A stretch of 64,000 nt of DNA from Vicinamibacteria bacterium (GTDB lineage Bacteria; Acidobacteriota; Vicinamibacteria; Fen-336). The DNA lies in the NCBI GenBank assembly GCA_050246895.1, contig JBFWVE010000003.1, positions 391,240 to 455,239 on the forward strand, read 5' to 3'. Positions within the stretch are counted from its first letter, which is position 1. Each line of letters starts with the position of its first letter. The position numbers were made by a program, and so were the translations under genes. This document shows, piece by piece, positions 1 to 11,073 of the stretch. Under the pieces are notes generated by a model. It had not been told where the DNA came from. It did not search any database and saw nothing but the letters and a program-made list of their open reading frames with translations.

Positions 1-1959
1 CACGACGCCGGCATCCTGCGCGACCTCGTGGTCATCTTCTCCGCGGCTCTCGCGGTCGTGCTGGTGCTCAGCCGGCTGCGCCTGCCCACGATCGCAGGCT
101 TCATCGTCGCGGGGGCCCTGCTCGGCCCCGGCGGGCTGCGCGCCGTCCGCGACGTCGACCAGGTCGAGCGCCTGGCCGAGATCGGCGTGGCGCTGCTGCT
201 CTTCACGATCGGCCTCGAGTTCTCGCTGGACGAGCTGCGCCGCCTCGGCCGCGTGCTCTCGGTGGGTGGAGGGCTGCAGGTCGGTCTGACGACAGCCCTG
301 GTCGCGGCGCTCGCCGTCCTGATCGGGACGCCTGCCGAGAAGGGCGTCTTCTTCGGGTTCCTGATCGCGCTGTCGAGCACGGCCATCGTGCTGAAGGGCC
401 TCGCCGAGCGCGGCGAGATCGACGCCCCCCACGGAAAGCTGATCGTGGGCGTGCTGCTGTTCCAGGACCTCTGCGTCGTGCCGATGATGCTGCTGGCTCC
501 GGCCCTCGCCGGGCAGGGCGGCGGCGCCTGGGCGCTGCTGCGCCCGATGCTCACCGCGGCCGGCGTCGTGGCCGGGGCGCTCGCCCTCGCCCGAGTGGTG
601 GTGCCTCGCGCGCTGCACCTCGTCGCCTCCACGCGCCGGCGCGACCTGTTCGTGATCGCCGTCGCGCTCGTCGGCGCCGGCATCGCCTGGCTCACCTCCC
701 TCGTCGGCCTGTCGCTGGCGCTCGGCGCCTTCCTGGCGGGCGTCGTGCTCGCGGGCTCCGACTACGGCCACCAGGCCCTGGCCGATACGCGCTCGCTGCG
801 CGACATCTTCACCAGCCTCTTCTTCGTCTCGGTGGGCATGCTGCTCGATCCCTTCGTGATCGTGACCGAGGGCGGGGCGGTGCTCGGCCTGGTGACGGTG
901 GTGCTGTTCGGCAAGGCGCTGGTGGCGACGCTCGCCGGCCTCGCGATGCGCTTCCCCTTGCGCGTGGCGATCCTGGCCGGCCTCGGTCTCGCCCAGATCG
1001 GGGAGTTCTCCTTCGTGCTGGCCGGCCTCGGCCGCCAGCTCGGCCTGCTCGACACCCGCGAGCTGCGGATCTTCTTCGCCGCCAGCGTCGTCACGATGCT
1101 GGTGACTCCGCTCGCTCTGCGCTTCGGCCCCGGCGTCGCCGCCGGCGCTGCACGGTTGCGGGCGCTGGAGCGCCTGCTCGGCCGCCCGCACCTCGACGAG
1201 GCTCCCCCCGCCGAGCGGCCCTCGGGGCACGTGATCGTGCTCGGATACGGAGTGGGCGGCGAGATGCTGGCCGAGGTGCTGGCCGAGGCCGGGGAGCCGT
1301 TCCTGGTGCTCGATCTCAACGTCGAGCGGGTGCGCGACGCCCGTCGCCGGCGGCTCCCCGTGTACTACGGGGACGTCACCAGCCGCGACCTGCTCGAGCA
1401 CGCGGGCGTCGCCGCAGCGCGGCAGGTCGTGGCGCTGCTGAACGATCCCGACGCCACGCTGCGCGCGGTGCGCGCCGCCCGCGCGGCATCCGCGGGAGCC
1501 GTGATCACCGCCCGCGCCCGCTACGTCGCCGACGTGCCGGCGCTGCTGCGGGCCGGCGCGGACGAAGCCGTGGCCCAGGAGTTCGAGGCGTCGCTCACGA
1601 TCATCGAGCGCGTCACCCGCGAGGCGAGGGCCCCGCGCCCCGCACGCGCCGAGCTGCGCGCGCGGCTGGGGCTCGAGCCGCCGCCGGCGGCCGGCGCGCG
1701 CCTGCCGCAGGGCCTCGCCGTCCAGAGCGTGTCGGTGGCGGCGGACGCCTGGGTGGCCGGCCGCACACTGGCCGAGTCGAGCCTGCGCCGGCGCACCGGC
1801 GCCACGCTCGTCGCGGTGAGCCGGGGCGAGGCGACGGCGACCCACCCGTCGCCGGCGGACCGGCTCGAGGCGGGCGACGTGCTCTGCCTCGTCGGCGACG
1901 ACCGCCAGATCGCGGCCGCTCGCGAGCTGCTCGCCTCGGGGCCGGCGGCGGAGGCCTAG
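1..1959 (+). CDS. Kef-type monovalent cation:proton antiporter (CPA2) with C-terminal TrkA-N/TrkA-C (RCK) domains. It is 5' partial: the reading frame is open from base 1 (HDAGILRDLVV... precedes the first listed Met).
   Basis: The N-terminal TM region IAGFIVAGALLGPGGL is typical of KefB/KefC. It has a GYGxxG Rossmann motif (VIVLGYGVGGEMLA) and a C-terminal TrkA-C-like region. The frame is open to the window edge. Confidence 0.85.
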   Translation, partial: HDAGILRDLVVIFSAALAVVLVLSRLRLPTIAGFIVAGALLGPGGLRAVRDVDQVERLAEIGVALLLFTIGLEFSLDELRRLGRVLSVGGGLQVGLTTALVAALAVLIGTPAEKGVFFGFLIALSSTAIVLKGLAERGEIDAPHGKLIVGVLLFQDLCVVPMMLLAPALAGQGGGAWALLRPMLTAAGVVAGALALARVVVPRALHLVASTRRRDLFVIAVALVGAGIAWLTSLVGLSLALGAFLAGVVLAGSDYGHQALADTRSLRDIFTSLFFVSVGMLLDPFVIVTEGGAVLGLVTVVLFGKALVATLAGLAMRFPLRVAILAGLGLAQIGEFSFVLAGLGRQLGLLDTRELRIFFAASVVTMLVTPLALRFGPGVAAGAARLRALERLLGRPHLDEAPPAERPSGHVIVLGYGVGGEMLAEVLAEAGEPFLVLDLNVERVRDARRRRLPVYYGDVTSRDLLEHAGVAAARQVVALLNDPDATLRAVRAARAASAGAVITARARYVADVPALLRAGADEAVAQEFEASLTIIERVTREARAPRPARAELRARLGLEPPPAAGARLPQGLAVQSVSVAADAWVAGRTLAESSLRRRTGATLVAVSRGEATATHPSPADRLEAGDVLCLVGDDRQIAAARELLASGPAAEA

Positions 1960-1971
1960 ACCCGGCTCCGG

Positions 1972-3447
1972 TTACGCCCGAGCCGCCGCGCTCGCTTCCA
2001 CCGCGGCCTGGGCGGCGGTCATGTGCGCTTCGAGCGCGCGTCGCGCCTGGCGCTTCGCGAGCCACGGCTTCAGGTAGAACATCCAGGCCGAGCCCAGGCT
2101 GATCAGCAGCGTGCCGAGGTAGACGAGCGGCAGTCCGGGCGCGCGCACGACGGAGAAGATCGACAGCATCGGCTCGCCCTCGACGAACGAGGACTGGAAG
2201 AAGACGTAGCCGCGGTAGTGCAGCGGGCGGTTCATCGCGATCAGGTGCTCGCTCACGCCGCGCTCGGGGTCCTCGACGCGCACACGGCTTTCGTAGCTCG
2301 CCGGCCGGTTCGAGCCCGGGTACTTCTCGGAGCGGAACTCCAGCAGCGTGACGCGGAACGGCACGGTCAGCTCGCTGGGGCGGAACGCGAGCGTCGCCTC
2401 GCCGCCGGCGTACGCCACGTGAAGCAGGTCGTTCCAGGCGAGCCAGAACGAGTCGCTGCGCCGGCCCTGCCCCTCGAGGTGCGCGCGGATCGCCGGGTTC
2501 TGCTGCTCCTCCTTGACCGGCGCCGGGGCCGGCTCGACGCTGCGCCGCCTGGTCGCGCGGGGCAGGAAGCGGTCGACGCTGATCGAGATCCCCATCCAGG
2601 GCGTGGGGATCGGCTGGTCGAGCACGACGCTGCCCTCGGAGGCCGAGCCGCCGGCGCTGGAGATCGCCCACGCGAGGCCGCCGTTCGGCCCCGCCACGAA
2701 GCGCATCTCGTTCCGCCCGGCCGCCTGCGGCCTCAGCAGCTCCTGCGCGTGCTCGGGGGTCTCGGCGCGCGCCAGCGTGAACGCCACGGGCCCGAAGTCC
2801 ATGCGGGCCGCATCGGGCGACTCGAGCGAGAGCCAGGCGTCCTGATGCAGCGTCGGATGGGCCAGCTGGAGGTGGAGCGTCGGCCAGCCGCCCTGCGCGG
2901 CCTCGACCAGCTCCTCGCCCACGACGGCGTGCGCAGCGACCTCCTCGATCACCAGCGTGTCGCCGGCCTCGCCGATCGGCAGCCGCTGCGGCCCGGCGCC
3001 TGCGGCCGGCGAGTCGAAGCTCGCGTGGACCGCGCCCGGCAGCGCCACGTGCAGCGAGCGGTCGCGCAGGCTGACGCGATCCGTGGTCTCGCGCTCGTAG
3101 ATGCCCATCGAGCCGTCGATCCCGCGATGCAGCGAGATCAGCGAGCCCAGCAGCAGGATCAGGATGCCGGCGTGAGCCAGCAGGAAGCCCGCGTTGTGCC
3201 GGCTCCAAGGAAAGCGCAGCAGCATCGAGGCGGTGATGTTGACGGCCAGCGCGAGCAGCAGCGCCGTGAACCAGGGCGCCTGGTAGAAGAGACGCTGGGC
3301 CGAGGCGGTGCCGTAGGAGGCTTCGTGGAAGGTCGCCCAGGCGCAGGCGACGCCCAGGGCGGTCATGATGACGACCGCCAGCCGCAGCGACCCGAGGCGC
3401 CGCAGCCACAGGTCGGCGAAGGCGTCGGCCCGTGTCTCGATGCTCAT
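1972..3447 (-). CDS. resB: Cytochrome c biogenesis protein ResB/Ccs1 (System II). I take the start as the internal Met (MSIETRADAFADLWLRRLGS...), not the upstream extension of the 533-aa ORF.
   Basis: ResB-like N-terminus with a TM helix, a large periplasmic domain, and C-terminal TM helices (LPLVYLGTLLISLGSAWMFY). Length is about 490 aa. Confidence 0.75.
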   Translation of the reverse strand: MSIETRADAFADLWLRRLGSLRLAVVIMTALGVACAWATFHEASYGTASAQRLFYQAPWFTALLLALAVNITASMLLRFPWSRHNAGFLLAHAGILILLLGSLISLHRGIDGSMGIYERETTDRVSLRDRSLHVALPGAVHASFDSPAAGAGPQRLPIGEAGDTLVIEEVAAHAVVGEELVEAAQGGWPTLHLQLAHPTLHQDAWLSLESPDAARMDFGPVAFTLARAETPEHAQELLRPQAAGRNEMRFVAGPNGGLAWAISSAGGSASEGSVVLDQPIPTPWMGISISVDRFLPRATRRRSVEPAPAPVKEEQQNPAIRAHLEGQGRRSDSFWLAWNDLLHVAYAGGEATLAFRPSELTVPFRVTLLEFRSEKYPGSNRPASYESRVRVEDPERGVSEHLIAMNRPLHYRGYVFFQSSFVEGEPMLSIFSVVRAPGLPLVYLGTLLISLGSAWMFYLKPWLAKRQARRALEAHMTAAQAAVEASAAARA

Positions 3448-3580
3448 CACCCGGCCCTCCCCGCGGCCCGCGACCTCGTCGGACAGGTCGATCCGCTCGG
3501 CTGCTTCGAGGAGCAAGGGACGTTCCAGGCCCAATGGCCCATAGAGGGGGCTAGGCGGGGGCTTGGCGCGCAAAGGACGA

Positions 3581-3611
3581 CCCGGACGCGCAACTGTTGC
3601 GCACCCCCGGG
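3581..3611 (-). terminator. GC-rich inverted repeat (cccgg-ACGCGCAAC-tg-TTGCGC-acccccggg) in the gap between pntB and resB, followed on the minus strand by a short T tract. Possible intrinsic terminator or operator.
   Basis: A perfect 7-bp-arm palindrome GCGCAACtGTTGCGC, extended by imperfect CCCGG/CCGGG arms, was read directly from the sequence. Confidence 0.3.
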
Positions 3612-3634
3612 CCTCGGCGCTCGACCGGAAGAGG

Positions 3635-5017
3635 CTAGCTCTCCTTCAGCGCCGCGATCAGCTCGAGCAGCCCCTTCTTGGCGTCCGCGAAGAGCATCAG
3701 CGTGTTGGGCAGCGCGAAGAGCGGGTTCGGGATGCCCGCGAAGCCGGGGCTCAGGCTGCGCTTCATCACGATCACGGTCCGCGCCTTGTCGACGTCGAGG
3801 ATCGGCATGCCGGCGATCGGGCAGTTGGGGTCCGTGCGCGCGAGCGGGTTCACCACGTCGTTCGCGCCGATCACGATCGCGACGTCGGTCTCGGGGAAGG
3901 ACGGATTCGCCTCGTCCATCTCCTTGACCTTGTCGTAGGGGATGTTGGCCTCGGCGAGCAGCACGTTCATGTGCCCGGGCATGCGGCCCGCGACCGGGTG
4001 GATCGCGTACTCGACGACGCAGCCCCGGCTCTCGATCAGGTTCGCGAGATCTCGCACCGCGTGCTGCGCCTGCGAGACGGCCAGGCCGTAGCCGGGCACG
4101 ACCACCACCCGGCGCGCGGAGTCGAACAGCATCGCCAGCTCTTCGGGCGAGGCCCCCTTCACCTTGCCGCCGTAGATCTTGTCCTCGGAGAGCTTCTCGC
4201 TTCCCGCCATCACGCCGAACAGCACGTTGGTCAGCGAGCGGTTCATCGCCACGCACATGATCTGCGTCAGGATCAGGCCCGAGGCGCCGACCAGCGAGCC
4301 CGCGATGATCAGCATGTTGTTGTTGAGCACGAAGCCCGTGGCCGCCGCGGCCAGCCCCGAGTAGGAGTTCAGCAGGCAGATCACGACCGGCATGTCGGCC
4401 CCGCCGATCGGCAGCACGCTGAGGACGCCGAGGATCGAGGCGGGCACGATCAGCGCCCAGTACCAGCCGGTCGCCTCCGGGTCGAGCCCGATCGGCACGC
4501 CGAGCCCGATCGCCGAGAGCAGCAGCACGCCGTTCAGCGCCTGCTGCCCGGGATAGTGCCGGGGCCGCAGCCACTTCCACTCCTCGAGCTTGCCGTAGGC
4601 GACCAGGCTGCCGAAGAAGGTGACGGCGCCGATGATGCCGCCGGCGATCGTGGCCACCACGAGCTGGCCCCGGGGGGCCTCGCTGACGACCCCGGCCTCG
4701 AGCAGCGCGGCGCCGGAGACCAGCACGGAAGCGCCGCCGCCGAAGCCGTTCAGCAGGCCCACCATCTGCGGCATCGCGGTCATCGGCACGCGGATCGCGA
4801 GCGCCGCGCCGATGCCGCCGCCGACCACGAGCCCGGCCAGGATCGCCTCGAAGCTGACGATGTGGCGGTCGAACAGCGTGATCACGACGGCGAGCAGCAT
4901 GCCGACCGCGCCGATCAGGTTGCCGCGCACGGCGCTGCGCGGGTGCGCCAGGCCCTTGAAGGCCAGCACGAAACAGACCGCCGCGACCAGGTAGACGAGG
5001 TTCTCGAGGCCTTCCAT
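3635..5017 (-). CDS. pntB: NAD(P) transhydrogenase subunit beta
   Basis: Strong similarity across the whole length to PntB (membrane N-terminal half and C-terminal NADP(H)-binding domain ...GYGLAVSQAQH...). It lies downstream of the two PntA genes. Confidence 0.9.
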   Translation of the reverse strand: MEGLENLVYLVAAVCFVLAFKGLAHPRSAVRGNLIGAVGMLLAVVITLFDRHIVSFEAILAGLVVGGGIGAALAIRVPMTAMPQMVGLLNGFGGGASVLVSGAALLEAGVVSEAPRGQLVVATIAGGIIGAVTFFGSLVAYGKLEEWKWLRPRHYPGQQALNGVLLLSAIGLGVPIGLDPEATGWYWALIVPASILGVLSVLPIGGADMPVVICLLNSYSGLAAAATGFVLNNNMLIIAGSLVGASGLILTQIMCVAMNRSLTNVLFGVMAGSEKLSEDKIYGGKVKGASPEELAMLFDSARRVVVVPGYGLAVSQAQHAVRDLANLIESRGCVVEYAIHPVAGRMPGHMNVLLAEANIPYDKVKEMDEANPSFPETDVAIVIGANDVVNPLARTDPNCPIAGMPILDVDKARTVIVMKRSLSPGFAGIPNPLFALPNTLMLFADAKKGLLELIAALKES

Positions 5018-5036
5018 GATGCCTTGCCCGCTCCCT

Positions 5037-5315
5037 CTAGGACTTGCTCTTGAACATCCGGAGCATGCGGTGGGTGACCATGAAGCCCCCCACCACGTTG
5101 ATCGTGGCGAACACCACCGCGAAGAAGCCGAGCACGGTCGTGACCTGGTTCTCGGTGCCGGCCGACACCAGAGCGCCCACCAGCGTGATCCCCGAGATCG
5201 CGTTGGAGCCGGAGGTGAGCGGGGTGTGCAGCGTGGGCGGGACCTTGCGGATCACCTCGAAACCCACGAAGACGGCCAGCACGAAGATGGTGAGCGCGAT
5301 GACGAAGGTCTCCAT
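5037..5315 (-). CDS. pntA: NAD(P) transhydrogenase subunit alpha part 2 (small membrane subunit)
   Basis: A 92-aa protein with 3 TM helices, positioned between the PntAA and PntB genes as in split PntAA/PntAB systems. Confidence 0.85.
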   Translation of the reverse strand: METFVIALTIFVLAVFVGFEVIRKVPPTLHTPLTSGSNAISGITLVGALVSAGTENQVTTVLGFFAVVFATINVVGGFMVTHRMLRMFKSKS

Positions 5316-5324
5316 TGCCTCCTC

Positions 5325-6470
<1,146 letters not shown>

Positions 6471-6486
6471 GGTGGTTCCATCCTAA

Positions 6487-8046
<1,560 letters not shown>

Positions 8047-8127
8047 CCTTCGCGCTCCGGGCGCCTCGACGTTCTGGTCGTCTCCAGCGGAGACGGCGCG
8101 GGGCTAAGCTTCCCCGCGCCGCCTCCC

Positions 8128-11073
8128 ATGCCGCTGCATCCCTCGTCTCCCGCGCGCCGCCGGCCCGACTTCCACGACCTGATGCGCTTCCGCATCTGGG
8201 ACGTGCTGCTGGTGGCGCGCCCCTACGACTCCTTCATCCTGGAGGAGGCGGGCCAGCTCGCCGAGCGCATGCTGGGCGAGTTCCGCAACCTGGACCTGCA
8301 CTACGCGCCGGGCCTGACGAACGTCGCGACCGGCGCCGAGGCGCTGGCGATCGCCCGCGAGCAGCCGCGCTTCAACCTGGTGGTCTCGGCGCTGCAGCTG
8401 CAGGACATGAACGGCGCCGAGCTCGCGCGGCGCATGCGCGCGGCCGGCCTCGACGTGCCGCTGGTGCTGCTGGCGTTCGACAACCGGGAGCTGAAGGACT
8501 TCGCCGCGCGCCACGACCTGGCGGACGTCGAGCGGCTGTTCCTCTGGCAGGGCGACGACCGCATCCTGCTGGCGATGGTGAAGACCATCGAGGACAGCCG
8601 CAACGTCGACCACGACACCGCCGCCGTCGGCGTGCAGGTGATCCTGCTGGTCGAGGACAACGTCCGCTACTACTCGTCGTTCCTGCCCGAGATCTACGCC
8701 GAGCTGCTGCACCACTCGCAGCGGCTGATCGCCGAGGGCGTCAACCTCTCGCAGAAGATCACGCGCATGCGCGCGCGCCCCAAGATCCTGCTGGCGGGCA
8801 GCTTCGAGGAGGCCTGGGAGCTGTTCACGCGCCACCAGCAGGACGTGCTGGGCGTCGTCTCCGACATCGAGTTCCCGCGCGAGGGCCGCTGGTCGGCGGA
8901 GGCGGGCCTCGAGCTCGCCCGGCTCGTCAAGCAGAGCTGGCCCGACGTGCCGGTGCTGCTGCAGTCCTCGCGGCCCGAGAACGAGGCGCCGGCGCTGGCG
9001 GCCGGGGCCGAGTTCGTGCTGAAGGGCTCGCCCCTGCTGCTGCAGGAGCTGCGCCGCTTCATGCTCGCGAACTTCGGCTTCGGCGACTTCGTGTTCCGCC
9101 GGCCGGATGGCAGCGAGGTGGCGCGCGCGGCGGATCTGCGCAGCCTGGAAGAGCAGCTCGGCAGGGCGCCCGCCGAGAGCATCGCCTATCACGCGGAGCG
9201 AAACCACTTCTCGAAGTGGCTGAAGGCGCGCACGGAATTCGAGCTGGCCGAGGAGCTGCGGCCCAAGCGGCTCTCGGACTACGACGGCATCGAGGCGCTG
9301 CGCGCGAGCCTGATCGGCGCCGTCGACTCCTACCGCCGGGCGCGCGCGCAGACCGTGGTGGCGGACTTCGATCGCGACAGCTTCGACCCCCTCGACTTCC
9401 ACCGCGTGGGCGGCGGCTCGCTGGGCGGCAAGGCGCGCGGGCTCGCCTTCATGCGGCAGCTGCTCGGCGAGTCACGGCTGGCCCAGGAGTTCCCGGGCGT
9501 GCGGCTGGCGGTGCCGCCCGCGGTCGTGCTGGGCACCGACGTCTTCGAGGCCTTCCTCGACGACAACGAGCTGCGCGATTTCGCGATCCAGGAGCGGGAC
9601 GACGCGCGCATCGTCGAGCGCTTCCTGGCCGCGCGGCTGCCGGAGCCGATCGTGGAGGACCTGAGCGCCTACCTGGAGCGCGTCAGCGTGCCGCTGGCGG
9701 TGCGTTCCTCCAGCCTGCTGGAGGACTCGCAGTACCAGCCGTTCACGGGCGTCTACGACACCTTCATGCTGCGCAACTCCGACGCCTTCCTCGGGCGCCG
9801 GCTGAGCGAGCTGCAGCACGCGATCAAGCGCGTCTACGCCTCGACCTTCAGGCGCCGCAGCAAGGACTACATCCGCGCGACGCCCTACCGCCTGGAGGAG
9901 GAGAAGATGGCGGTGATCGTGCAGCGCATCGTGGGCGCGCGGCGGGGCGCGCGCTTCTACCCCGACTTCGCGGGTGTCGCGCGCTCGCACAACTTCTACC
10001 CGACGCCTCCGCTCGAGGCCGGGGACGGCATCGCGGCCGTCGCGATCGGCCTCGGGCGCACGGTGGTCGAGGGCGGCAACTGCCTGCGCTTCAGCCCGCG
10101 CTACCCGCGCCACTCGCTCGGCTCGCGCGAGGCGGCCGACCTGGTGCGCGCCTCGCAGGGGTCGTTCTGGGCGCTGGCCCTCGAGGGGGCGGATGAGGCG
10201 GATCTGGGCGAGACCCGTTACGACCTCTCGGCGGCCGAGCAGGACGGCGTGCTCGCGCCGCTCGCCTCGACCTGGTCGGCCGAGAACGACGTGCTGACGG
10301 ACGGGATCGGGCGCAGCGGAGTGCGGGTGGTCACCTTCTCCGGCCTGCTGAAGCACGAGGGCTTCCCGCTGGCGCCGATCCTGCGCCGCCTGCTGGAGGT
10401 CGCCGAGTGGGGGCTCGGCGCACCGGTCGAGATCGAGTTCGCCGTCGACCTCTCGGCGGCCGCCGGTGAGGCCGAGTTCGGCTTCCTGCAGCTGCGCCCT
10501 CTGGCGCTCTCGCGGGAGGTCGAGGCGCTCGAGATCGGCGAGGTCGATCCCGCTCGCGTGCTGTGCCGCAGCTCGCACGTGCTCGGCCACGGCCGCATCG
10601 ACGACGTGCGCGACGTGGTGGTGGTCGACCATGCGAGCTTCGAGCGGATCCACAGCCGGCAGACCGCGCTCGAGCTGGCCCAGCTGAACGCGGAGCTGCT
10701 CGCCGAGGGCGCGCCCTACCTGCTCGTGGGCGTCGGCCGCTGGGGCTCGGCCGATCCCTGGCTCGGCATCCCGGTCGGCTGGGATCAGATCAACGGCGCG
10801 CGCGTGATCGTGGAGGCGGGCTTCCGCGACTTCAAGGTCACGCCCTCGCAGGGCACGCACTTCTTCCAGAACCTGACGTCGTTCAACGTCGGCTACTTCA
10901 CCGTCAATCCCGACGCCGGCGACGGCAGTGTCGATTGGGACTGGCTGCGCGCCCAGCCCGCGCTGCGGCAGACCGAGCGCGTGCGCCGCATCCGGCTCGG
11001 GGCGCCGCTGGTCGTGCAGATGAACGGCCGCAAGGGCGAGGGCGTGATCCTCAAGCCGCCCCCCCACCCCTGA
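8128..11073 (+). CDS. Multidomain protein: two N-terminal receiver-like (CheY-like) domains followed by a PPDK_N-type PEP-utilising/ATP-grasp nucleotide-binding domain and a conserved C-terminal domain (RWGSADPWLGIP...PSQGTHFFQNL).
   Basis: Receiver-like stretch ILLVEDNVRYYSSF. PPDK_N-like motifs GGSLGGKARGLAFMRQL, LAVRSSSLLED, KMAVIVQRIV. The C-terminal domain is shared with the two downstream paralogs. Confidence 0.75.
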   Translation: MPLHPSSPARRRPDFHDLMRFRIWDVLLVARPYDSFILEEAGQLAERMLGEFRNLDLHYAPGLTNVATGAEALAIAREQPRFNLVVSALQLQDMNGAELARRMRAAGLDVPLVLLAFDNRELKDFAARHDLADVERLFLWQGDDRILLAMVKTIEDSRNVDHDTAAVGVQVILLVEDNVRYYSSFLPEIYAELLHHSQRLIAEGVNLSQKITRMRARPKILLAGSFEEAWELFTRHQQDVLGVVSDIEFPREGRWSAEAGLELARLVKQSWPDVPVLLQSSRPENEAPALAAGAEFVLKGSPLLLQELRRFMLANFGFGDFVFRRPDGSEVARAADLRSLEEQLGRAPAESIAYHAERNHFSKWLKARTEFELAEELRPKRLSDYDGIEALRASLIGAVDSYRRARAQTVVADFDRDSFDPLDFHRVGGGSLGGKARGLAFMRQLLGESRLAQEFPGVRLAVPPAVVLGTDVFEAFLDDNELRDFAIQERDDARIVERFLAARLPEPIVEDLSAYLERVSVPLAVRSSSLLEDSQYQPFTGVYDTFMLRNSDAFLGRRLSELQHAIKRVYASTFRRRSKDYIRATPYRLEEEKMAVIVQRIVGARRGARFYPDFAGVARSHNFYPTPPLEAGDGIAAVAIGLGRTVVEGGNCLRFSPRYPRHSLGSREAADLVRASQGSFWALALEGADEADLGETRYDLSAAEQDGVLAPLASTWSAENDVLTDGIGRSGVRVVTFSGLLKHEGFPLAPILRRLLEVAEWGLGAPVEIEFAVDLSAAAGEAEFGFLQLRPLALSREVEALEIGEVDPARVLCRSSHVLGHGRIDDVRDVVVVDHASFERIHSRQTALELAQLNAELLAEGAPYLLVGVGRWGSADPWLGIPVGWDQINGARVIVEAGFRDFKVTPSQGTHFFQNLTSFNVGYFTVNPDAGDGSVDWDWLRAQPALRQTERVRRIRLGAPLVVQMNGRKGEGVILKPPPHP

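Noticed and set aside
762-1319. 185-aa ORF antisense to the Kef antiporter gene (also 1521..1805 and 1613..3409).
   Set aside because: It is Arg/Pro/Ser/Ala-rich with a low-complexity translation typical of antisense frames in >70% GC DNA, and it overlaps a clearly real gene.
2023-3927. 634-aa ORF on the plus strand across resB and into pntB
   Set aside because: It is antisense to two well-supported genes and has an RG/RA/RR-rich composition, so it is a GC-driven spurious ORF.
3447-4580. 377-aa minus-strand ORF overlapping pntB
   Set aside because: It is an alternative frame of pntB with an Arg/Gly-rich translation, whereas pntB in its own frame matches the transhydrogenase beta subunit throughout.
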